From a virus, in the IMG/VR virus record IMGVR_UViG_3300027762_000294, positions 1 through 64,000 of that record: DNA of 64,000 bases. One strand, given 5' to 3'. The translations under genes and the position numbers were made by a program. The notes below the pieces were generated by a model. The model was given only the letters and a program-made list of their open reading frames with translations, was not told where the DNA came from and did no database searches. Below, in pieces: positions 38,901 through 50,900 of this stretch; the stretch's first letter is position 1, and each line of letters opens with the position of its first letter.

Positions 38901-41900
38901 TTTTACTGCTTTAAAATCCTCAGGTCCAAACACCGTTTTCCCTGCTTGTGAATTAATAGTCTCAAAGCTCTTTTGTGCCAGCAAAGATACCCAACCACTG
39001 CAATCAATTTTCTTAACTTCTAATAGCTTCTCCATACTTTCGGGTTTGCTATAATTAGAAATAGCATTCTTACCTGCGTTGATAAAATAACCAACTTTAG
39101 CAGACATCGCTTTATCGACTTCTCCACTTAAGTTGTCTAACAATGCTGTTTTGGTATTGGTTACCACAACAGGAGCTGCCGTTTGTATTGCCCCAACTGA
39201 TTCTTTTAAGCCTGCCTCGTATTTCTTGAATTCGATAGGAACGGGCAATTTTTCCCATTTACCGCCCCATGATTTTAACCAAGCGTCAGATAAAGCTCTA
39301 AGGTCACTCCCATACCCCAACTTATTTTGTTTCAAATATGCGGCGGGTATGTTTTTTATTAGATATTCTTTGGGCACTTTTCCTGTTCTACCCATTAATA
39401 AATTTACAATATTTTTAAATCCTCCAGGACCTTGGTTGTGCATTCCCCAAGCCATTTGACCTTCTTTAATCCCCAAATTTCTAGCTTCAGACATCGTCTT
39501 TGTGCCAACTGTTTTTTGATTTTTGAAGTAATATTTCATGGCAGCTTCTGCACTTTTGTAAGGATCATACCGCCCACCGGCAAAGTCTCTCATGCCTACT
39601 TCTTCCCAAGCTGGTTTTCCCATTTGATACACACCATAATAACTACCCTTGCCACCCCCACTTCGTGCTTTTTTATTAAAACTAGATTCCAAAGATGCCT
39701 TTCTTGCAAATTCAATAGGATTGATTCCATAAGCCAATGAAACTTTTTCTATAGCTTTAATTACTTCAGGATCTATTCCTGATTTATAAACCACCTTACC
39801 TGTAATCCCAGCAACAGGTCCTCCTTGTGGTGTAAATTCACTATCACTTGATTCAGAACTTGATCCAGAGTAAGATGATGAAGAATTAGCTACATTAATA
39901 ACCGCGTTTTGTATGTCAAAAGTTTTTGGTTTATTTCTTTCAATCTCTTCTAAAGTTTTTATCATTTCATCTAAAGGATCAACTATATCAGCCGGTTTCA
40001 TTTCTTCTAAAGGAGCTAAATATTTCTCTGTGTTTTTCAAAGGCTCCATTATAGCCTTATCGATTAAGTCCTTCACACCGCCAGTAGCTGCCCCAAAAGC
40101 ATTTTTGATTGATGTTACATCTGGGTTAGCTTGTAATAATTTGGTAGCCTCGGCAATAACATCTTCTTGACCATTACCGAATTCTTTAAACCGCTTTTCG
40201 ATTTCTGTGATGTTAAATTTAACCTTTTCCAAAGTCTTTGTGTTCAACGGGTTACCTTCAAATATCGCAACGTTTTTAAGTCTCTCTTCTATTACCTTTT
40301 TAGCACCTTCACTTGACGTTTCCAGGGCTTTACTTATAGATGTTAAGTCTGGATAAGCTGACATAATGTCATTTACTTCTTTTGTCAAGGCATCACTACC
40401 TTTAGCAACGTTTGTAAGTTCCGTTTTTGTTTTCTCAATTGGGTCTAATAAATTCGATTTCAAAACGTCTTGTAATTCTTTTGATGCTTTTGGTAAATTG
40501 TCAGTCATTGTTTTCATTGTGCCGTTTTCACTCAAAAACTTATTAGCTTCCTCAACAAGAGTCTTATTATCACCAGCTACCTTTTGAATAATTTGATTCA
40601 CAACCCCGGTGTTTACTTTTAAAGTCTCAATATCCTTAGGCTTGAGTAATGACGTGAATTCTTTAGTATCAAATATCTTGTTAAAATCAATATCCATTTT
40701 GACTTGACCGGTTTCAATATTACCCAACTTAGATATATTGTTTTCTAATACTGACTTCATGTGTGCTGTTTGATTCTTTAAAGTTTCTAGCATAGCCGCT
40801 TGTTGGTCTTTTAGGGGATTTATGAAACTATCCTCCAATCCTTTATTACCTGCCTTTAAAGCTGCATTACCGGCGCTTGCAATCTGTTCTCGTTCTTTAG
40901 TGAAACTGGTTAGAATTTTCTCACTACCTTGGTCACTAACTCCCTTCAAAGTAAGAAGTTGAGCATTGATAAACTCGGTACTTTTTTCATTCAACGTTGT
41001 CAAATAATTCTGAAAATTAACTCGGTTTGTTTCAATCTCATTGGTAATTTCTTGTCCTCCGGACACATCGTAAATTACAGGTTTCAATTGTTTCATCAAA
41101 CCTTCTAACAAAAATGCGTTAAATTGTTTTTTGGTAAAATCATGAATAACTTTAACAGCGTCATCAAAATTACCTGTGTCTAATAAGGTAGAGAAAAATG
41201 AAGAAACCGCTTCTGTAACTGAGTCAATCCAAGATCTGAACGATTCAATTCTACTTCCTAAGGAATTATCTAACTCTGTGTTAAATTCTGCCCACGATTT
41301 AGTTAACTCATTTAACTTATTAAGGTCTTCACTTATGCTAGGGGCATGTTTTTTCTTGTTTTCATCTAATTTTTCAAATTCGTCTGTGTACTCTTTCATC
41401 TTATTTCTAACATCTTTCACTGTTGCTGATTTACGCTCCGGTCTATCATCTGTTATATCCTTAACCGTTTTGAATATGTTAAGAGTATCCACTTCATTTA
41501 CACCGGCTTTTAAGTCTTTCAACCCTTTGACAACATTCTTAACCTCGTCCCCATAAACTCGTGGGGCTTCCGGTTTGAATATTTCTGTGTTAAGTCTACC
41601 CATTCTAGACTTAAGCTGTTCAAATACATTCCCTATGTCTTCATCATTTTTACCTACATTCTTCAATTCTCGGATTAAATCAATCGTTTGTGTGATCTTG
41701 TCAACATCACCATCAACCTCAATTTTATAACTGAAAACGCGATCACTAAGCTCAAATATATCTTCTTCTTTAGTCATCCGTTTATTAGTAGCCTTCAAAT
41801 GATCCTTCATTTTCTTGTATTCTTCAGATTGCCAACGCAACTGGTCATCCCACTTTTTAGACTCAAATTTCTCAGTATCTTTGAGTTCAGTCAACAGAGA

Positions 41901-44900
41901 TTTTCTCTTCTCATATTGCGCTGTAATTTGAGTTAAAGTGTTATACTGACGGGTCAATATTTCTGCAGACTGCTTTTGGGCTTCGTTTAACTTAGATAAA
42001 TCAACGTTGGGACCGAATAGTTGGGAGGATGTTTTTTCCCCATCGCGACTTTTACCGCTTAAATTTTGCTTCATATCCTCTAAAGAATTTTTTAAATTAC
42101 CGCGCTCGGATATAAACTGGTCTATAAAGTTAGTTTCATTTTTTGCTAATGAGATCGTTTGGTTATTTAAGTATTCAGTTAACTCTATACGCTTTGAACT
42201 CAACTCATTAATCTCTTCTAATCGTGTCTTTTCCTTTTCCAGGATTTTGGTTTTCTTCTCTGCAACATCTAAAGCTTGCTGTTGGCTTGCTGTCAGAAGC
42301 TCTCTGTTCAAAGCCATATCTCTAAGAATACCGGCGCCCTTCTCTTCTTCTCTACTAACAGCTAGGGCTCCTAATTCCCCCTGTGAAATCAAACCGGCTT
42401 TAAATCCTTGGTTTAAGTTAGTACCAACAGTATCTATAGGTTTAACTAACTCCTCTTGAAAAGCAGCTTTTTGTTTTAACAAATCGACGTCTTTAGTGCG
42501 AGCTTTATAATTTTGCAAAATTGCTTCTCGCTCTTCTTTGGTAGCCTTTACTAAATCAAGTTGGTAATTTAATTCTCCGGCTTTTGTAGATAACCTTGCC
42601 TCCAATTCTGCTTTATCAAAACCAACGTCATTCAACTCGGCGATCATACCCACACTCCCGCCTTTCAAAGTGAGAATTTTGGTAAGTGAAGATCCTACTT
42701 CTGCTAAATTAAATTTCAACTCCTTAGCATACGAATTCTCTGCCTCGGACAACATAATCAATTGTTCAGTCTCTTCTTTTTTGGTTTGAATTGCTCTTAT
42801 CTCCTCCTTAGATAAATTCAATCTGCCTGCCACTAACTCTAATAAAGCCCCTTCTCTTCCTAGTTGAACGGCTGTTAATTTGTCAGTCTCTTCATTTAAC
42901 ATTTCTTGATAAATGACATTGCGAGCGTTATCGTCAACTGATAATTTAGGACTATTAAGTAGCGGCTTAAGATACTCTTGACTAACAGTTCTACCTAAAG
43001 AGGTTGTGGTAGACTGCTTATTTTCTAAATCCACAACTGACTTTAAAAATGACAACTCATCTTCTCTCAACTTAGCAGTTTGAATCAATTCTTCTGTTTT
43101 TTCCTTAGATAAATTCAAAGAATTAGCTTCAAATTTAATTAATCCAGTCAAAGAAGAAGTCATCGTTTTATACAAAACATTTGAGTGCTCTAATTCCTTT
43201 GTCCGTTCATAACTTTCAACATCAACAACCCCACTCTTAACCAAACCTGTCAGTTCATTCCCAACACCCTCGAAAATGTCAAAGTTTTTGAGTTTGGTTT
43301 GATATGCCTCTCTTAAATCCGCCTGATAAGATGATACTATTTCTTGAATCTCGTTTGCATCTTTTCCAAAGTTTGTTAACATGAGTTTTAATTTATCTAA
43401 TTCACTCATTTTGTCGAAAACTTCAGATTTTATAGCGTTTCTCAATGTGGTCAGTTTATTTTGAATAATGGTATTCTCTAATCCCGCGGCTTCGTCAGTA
43501 GATAAACCAGAATCTCCAATTGTATCTTTGTACAGAAAACTAGCTTTGACACTTTCATCACCAATGTAGTCGTATTCGCTATGCTTGAACTTGTTTGTTA
43601 GTTCGTATAACTCTTTTAATTTACCTTGAGACTCAATTTTTTGTTTAATTAAGTCAACTTCTTCTCTTGAAAACTTTAGTCGTTTAAAAATTAAGTCGTT
43701 AATGTTTGATTCGTTTGAAATGTAAGTTTTATAAGCATCTGCCGCCGACTCAATCATCATTGCCGAGCTTAAATCATATTTCAAACTTTCCCGTTCCTCA
43801 TCGCTAAATATGTCCTTGTTTGTTAATTGGTTAGCTATGTTCAGTTTATCATTGTCAGATTCAACACGTTCTCGACTCATGTTTTTAGTTTTGTTTTTTA
43901 GTGTCATCATAGACCCTAAACTAAAAGCTTTAATTAAGCTATTCCTAAGCTCTTCCCCTTCCTTTTCAGTTCGGACCACCATATCCTTCATTTTTTCTGC
44001 TAAGAATTTCTCTTGCTCAGTGAGTCCCTCCATAACTTTCGATTGAATATGTTCAATCCCTATTTGCTGAGTTTTTTCGTATACCTTATAAACATCTTTG
44101 ATATTTGTCAATGACGAGGGATCGACTTTAAACGTGGGTCTTAATACTAGATTCTCAGATAAAGATGTAATCTCCAGTTTGAAGAACTCCTTAACCGACT
44201 TTATTTTACCCAACATTTCGGCATGCACACCACCGGTCTCTCTTTTACCTACCCAATTATTTAAAAATTTAGTGATTGGGTTGCTTTTGACTACTTCTGC
44301 CAGTTTTTCCAATTCCTTTTCAGAATCTTTTATCAACGTTGAACCGATCACTTGTTGAGAAGCCAATAATGCTCGCTTTGTTTCAAGTTGTTTTAACTCC
44401 ATTTGCTCTTCAATACTGTATTGCACACCTTTATATTCAATCACTTCTTTGAGATTTAAAATTTCGTCGTCTAACATCATTGTCATTTTCGCAACATTAT
44501 CAACCCCCATCTTTGCTATTTTTAAAGATGCCGTGGGATCTATTTTAATCAAATCCTTTGCACTGGAGAATGAACTTGCTATTTTAGATTGAATATCTCC
44601 CATTACACCTAAAGAGAACTCTGTAGCACTTTCTAGTTTTTTCATCCCGTCTTCAATGCCCAAAAAACCAACAACTTCCTCAACTGTTTTCCTGGATTGT
44701 AACTCAGTTAACTTAGCAGTTTGACTTTGAGTTTTTCTGCCCATAGAGGCAGTTTTTTTCAAAATAGCGTCTATCTCAAAATTGATTAAATTCTCCTGCT
44801 TTGTTATGGCATCCGCTGCATCATTTAAATCTTTGTACACTTTATCATCAAATCTTAAACCTGTTTTGATCATATAGGTTAAGGTAACGTCAGTTTCTAT

Positions 44901-47900
44901 TTGATTGACTTCACTAGCAGTCAACTGAGACCCTGCTTTTTTGATTGCCAATGAAACATCACTATTGATAGACTTAAGGATATCCTCTACTTTCTTTTTT
45001 GTATCTCCTAAAAGAGTGTCAGCACTGAAATCACCATCTTTTAATGCTTCGTTAAATGCCTTTATGTCTATATCCGGTTGAATAGCATACTTAACTTTCA
45101 TACCTTCATTAGCTAACTTACCTGCGACATACCCCTCATCTTTACTGAATAGTCTTGTAAAGAAATTACCACTATCCTTAGTATTCACTTTAGTGTTGTG
45201 CTTTTGTAATTCAGAAGTTGCATTTGTAATATCCAAGAGTTTTGTCTTTCTCAGAAAATTATCCGTTATTCTAACAGACGTACTTAGATTGTTTAAATCG
45301 AGCTTAGCATGATCCTTTTGAATGACCGTTTCTAATTTTCCCAACGTGGCTGCAGATATACGATCATACTCGTCCAACAAAGACGTCATACTCAAATTGC
45401 CAACTTTTATAGCCTCTTGTTTAAGCACTCCCAACAGAGCTTGGTAACGTTTAGGTTCCTCAGTTTTAAGTTTGTCAATGTCAATATCAAAATCAATAGC
45501 AACCCCCACACTAGCCCCAGTCTTTGCGTATCGTGTATTAAGTTGGTTTTGAGTTTGGGTCATAGAGTCTCTAACTTGCTTAAACTCGCTTTCCTTACCT
45601 AAAATTTTACTTACAAGATTGGGATCTAACTTACTAATGTAGTTGTTAACCTCTGCTTTTAAGTTAGACTCTACAGCCTTCTCTTTTTTGAACTCGGTCG
45701 CAAGGTTAATGAACTCTTTAGCATCATCATTACTTTTGCTGATTTCTTCTAAGAAAAAATCTTTAAACTGTAAGACAGCTTTAGTTCTCAACATGCTCAA
45801 ATTTTTATTAACATCTTCTTGTTTTAAATCCAGCCCTTCCCCACTCATGGGACTTTTCATTCTCTTTAATTGAGTATTTAGTAAATGGTCGGCACTCTTA
45901 AACTTCTCAAACATCAATGTGTAAAATTCATCATTACTTATATCTAAAGATTTAACAAACCCTTTGATTAAATTGTTGTTGACTTCGTAAGCAATTTTAG
46001 GATTTAAATCTAGACCAACTCCTTTTGCTTGCTTAGTCACCAAATCCCGCTCGTCCTTTAAAGATCTAATTTGTCGTGTTGTGTCTATGCTTGCTTTGGT
46101 GTTTAAATACCCTGCTTTAATAAAATCCTCTAACTTGGTCAATTGGTCTGTTAGTTTAGTATATTGCTCAGTATATTCAACTCTTTTTATCCCTTGGACT
46201 TCTTCCTGTTTAGAAGCTTTCATTTTATTGTTGAGTTGGTATATGTCCTCAAATTGGTTTCTAGATTTTACAGGAGGTTCAACACTCACATCTACAGTTT
46301 TAACAAGTTGAGGTTCAACCAAAATTTCATAGCGCTTTTTTAGCATTTCTTTTTTAAGAATTGTGTCGTCTGCTATTAAGGTCACTGTTTGTGGAATGGG
46401 CTCCTCAAAATAAGACATGACGGCATTATAACCGCTGTATTCAAGGATTAAATTTTTTAAAGCTTCGCCATATTTTCCTAAACTTTCTGTTAATTGGTCA
46501 AACGACATATCCTCAATAACTTTAATAAAACTGTAAAATGCGGAGGCAACAGCTAAAACCAAAGTGGGTAATGTGGTTAACATGGTAAATAATTTGTTTC
46601 CCTTTTGAAAACCTACCATGGTTTTGTGCAAGAGAATAACAGCGGCAGTTAAAGCAGCCAGCAACATTAACACATTGGGAGTGTCTTTTAAGAATATTCC
46701 TGTAATTGCCCCTACAATCAAAAATATCATTTTGTATTTACCAAACATGACAGAGAGGTACCCACTTTGGGCAATGGTTAGTAAAGATAAACCCATGATC
46801 ACTAACGATAAATTGTCTACCTGTTTGGCAAAATTAACAATTAAAGGGGACATAACAGAAAACAGAGCGGCTATGATTCCCAAAGGATTGCTCACTTTAA
46901 AAAAAGCCATTCCCACTACAGTGATAACTGACACTATATCCAAGAAACCTATATTTAAACTTTTGATTTTGTTGCTGATTGTGTCAAATAATTGCCCTAC
47001 TCTTTCGAGCATAGTAACGTCTAAATTTTCTAAATCTACAGTTACAGTTTCCTGTAAATTATAAGAAACGTATTTGTTAACTTCCTCTATAATTTGTGCA
47101 CTATTCTTTTTATCTTTGAATTGTTGGTAATTCCTTAGTCCCATGTCCACGACACTATTGCCAGGGGCTGCACTTACAAATCCCAATTCAGAAGCATGGG
47201 CTTTATTCATTGTAGACTCTAAAGATAACCATCCCGTCATTACAGCTGCAATCCCCAATGTCCATTTAGCAAACGGGTTTAACGCTCCTAAACTCACAAA
47301 GGAAGATTTAACACTTCCCATTATTTGCACTATATAGGTTAAGGCAGAAATCAATGGGGTGAATTTCAATCCCACGGTCGAAAACGTCATGCTCATTATG
47401 AGACCCAATACTTTTAGCACAGCTGTTAATTGAGATATTACTCCCATTAAACTTTTAGAATGTTGGGTGATTAGAACAATAGATTTCAAGAAATTCAAAT
47501 GAATAGCATTGCGTATAATCAAGAACACTTGCGCTAAACTTTTACCTTGTCTTATCAGTGAATACGTTTGAAATGAAATTGTAGCAAAGAATAACATTAG
47601 TACCGCGATAGGCAGCGATTTCTCAAAACTGAGAACGGCTGTAACAAGCAATCCAATAGCAGACACTAAGGCTAATAAAGGCAACATTGTTGATAACATC
47701 CCTATTTTCAGTAATGCTAGGGCGGCGGTTAAAAATCCAATGTAAGTTAAAGATTGTGACCACGAATTATTCAAAAGGATGATGACGTTCACAACTGCCA
47801 ACACTGGACTTATGAATGCTGATAACACGATCAAAGCTAACGTCATACTGGGAATTACAGCGTTCATAATGGTTGACGCCAACGCCTTTAAAATCTCAAC

Positions 47901-50900
47901 AATGGGTCCCATCATATACATCACAGCCCCCATGATTGCGATAGAAACCATTTGACTTTTTACCATTCCCAAAATACCACTGGTTGCTGTAACAACCGAT
48001 TGTCCAAATCCTTTAACTACAGCTCCGACTTGTGCAACAGCCCCTGAAAACACCCCAGTTGTTTTCACACTGTTTCCTATTGTGGAGTTGTATCTTTCTT
48101 GGACTTTGGAGTTTTCTTCTAATATTTTTCGCTCTTCTAACATAGACGCTAATTTAGCTTGTTGTGCCGCTATACTAGCCTTACCCTCATTGGTCTTTGG
48201 ATCACTCACGTCTTTAGTAGCTGTTAAAACGCTGGTTTGCAATTTAATATCTAAAGATTTTTGCAATAACTCCGCTTTGTAGTCTCTATAAAAATTAGCA
48301 TTAAACTTTCCTGCTGTATCTCTAACAGAAGTCAGCGATTCTCCCGTAAGTGTTTTGAATGCATCCCTGATTATTTTAGGGTCTGTTAACAGTTTTATAT
48401 CTCTACCGAATTCTTTGGACAACCCCTTCATTATTTTGTCTACATTCTTTGGGTTGTCTGCCATAACTTTGTCATAAACGTTTTGTGGAATTTTATAAAA
48501 TTCCTTAAGAGAATTAGCTATTTTATTAACATCTTTCTCCGGGTATTGCCATATAGGTTTCCCTTGTCTGTCAAGACCTACATGAGGATGGATAGACCCT
48601 ATTAGAGACTGAATTTTAGTCATGTCACCCTTGTAATTCAAAAGGTCTTTTGTTAATGCTGCCAATTTACTATTATCAGGTCCTTTTAAAAATTCTCCTG
48701 CTTTAGCCTGCCCGCCAATAATATCCCTGTAACTGCCGGTCGAGGGCATAAGGATTGAACGTTGTGTCTCAAACGATTTATTAACCTTCTCAATATTAGC
48801 TGCACTGAATGAAGCTAATATTTTTTGACCCATTTCCCGTCGGTTATCTTCTAATGTCTTAGCTAATAACGTATTTCCTGATTTATTAGCTGCGTTAATT
48901 TTGCTGGTAATATCTTTGTAATATGCCTCCATTCCCAAAGTTTTTATAGAAACTGAAGGGATGCTAGAACTGAGAGCAGTTTTTAGCCCTATTGCACCTT
49001 TGTGGGTTTTTAGCAACGCCTGTCCTAACATTGCCAACGCTGCTATTAAAATGGTGATTGAGAGCGTAAAATTGTTATCTACAAATGAAGCAATGCCCTC
49101 TATTACATTGAATATGCTATTAAAAAAGCTTATTAAGGGACCGATGTAAGTGCTCACCTTTGCTACAATGGCTGCTAGGGAATCCAACAAAAACACAATG
49201 ATATTTGAAACGTCAGACAACCGCTTATGGAAAATTTCTACCACCTCAGCAGGTAACAAATTAGTATAAAAATCTTCAAAACTATCCGCTTTCTGATATA
49301 GGTCATTCATCCATAACGCTACGTATGTTAATACGGGAACGATTAAGGATTTTAAACCAAACCCAAACTTCATCAACGCGGCAATGTACAACATTAATGA
49401 CGTAAAGGCATTATTATCTATAAACTCCAGTTTACCTAAATCTTTTAAAACAAACAGCCCTACCAAAAGGGTTTTGTACATGTTTGCAAATGTTAACACC
49501 GGCTTTAAGAAACTAACAAAACGCCCCAATAACGTTATGGCAGGGGGTGTTACAGTTGTCATTTTGATGAATATCCCAGCCACTATTAAGATGTATGCCC
49601 TGAAGTTCGTAAATCCTTCATAAAACCAAATCTGAAAATCTCTCAAGCCCGTGGTCAAACCACTAATACCTTGGTTTATTCTGTAGATAGCTCCCACGGT
49701 TTGACCTAATAACATAGCTGGAGCTGATAGTGCTTTTCCACTAAGGGTAAAGAGTGTTTTTAATAACGCAGTTGTGGCAATCAATGAATTGCTTCCTGTC
49801 GATAACACAGTGTTTAACTCCCTAAACATGTTCATTATCACAGAGCCTAAAGCCTCAAGGGTATATACATCTTCGCCCATTGAGCTCAAATAACTAATGT
49901 TGGTTACCAACCCTCCCACGAGCAAAGAAGCGCCCCGAACATAACCTCCAAAATGTAACATTGCCACCCCGAGCAACGCCATTTTAGCAGGCAATCCTTC
50001 AAGAGCGTCACCATAATCCAATATACTAGATACAAAAAACATAGATATGCCGGTTGATGAAAAGGATGAGCTTATAATAAACAACCGTGTTAATGACGCT
50101 GCCAGCTCGTCAGATACTTTAATTACAAATAAAGATAGTCCTTTAGTATCTAACGCTTCGATACTTTTAATTAAACTGACGGGACCCCCTAACGCATTTA
50201 GCACGTCTATTGCTAATTTTTGAAAATTAGTTGATACAGACTCGACATCTGCCTTGAGACCTTCCTTATCTTCTTTTAACATTAGGGTTGTATACAGCCC
50301 CCCGCGCAACAATGCTCTGGTATTGCTAAACACTACTCCTAAAAATTTCAGTTGTAGTGTTAAACTTTTTAAATCCTCTTCCGGAAACCACTTATCCACT
50401 GTAATAGGAGGATCTTTTAAGTTTGTCGAATATACCCCATGTAAAGATTTAATACTTAAGTCTACAGTAGACAAAATAAACGCTGTCTGTTTCGTGGCTT
50501 TGGACAAATTGTTAAATAACAACGTGTATAACGTCAACTTTTTTAAACTTTCCACAGGGACCGTCACATTAGGATCGTAAGTTATAGCCCCTTGAACAGT
50601 ATGTAGCTTTTTAAACTCAGAAAACAAAACGTTAATACCATCTGTGACCAATTTAGTATATGATAACACTAGGTCTACCACAAACTTGTAAAACATCTCA
50701 ATTTCAACAAATAGCGACAAAACGGTAGTTAAATTAAGCAGTTGTATAACTGTCGCAATCATCGCCCCGTAAGATAATATAGTATGAAGAGGTAGTGCGA
50801 TTTTCGATAATGCTGTGAAACTACCTTGAATTTTAGTAATAACCGCAACAATATGTTGCCCCGACAATTTAATTTTAAAAATCATCATGGTCAAATTATC

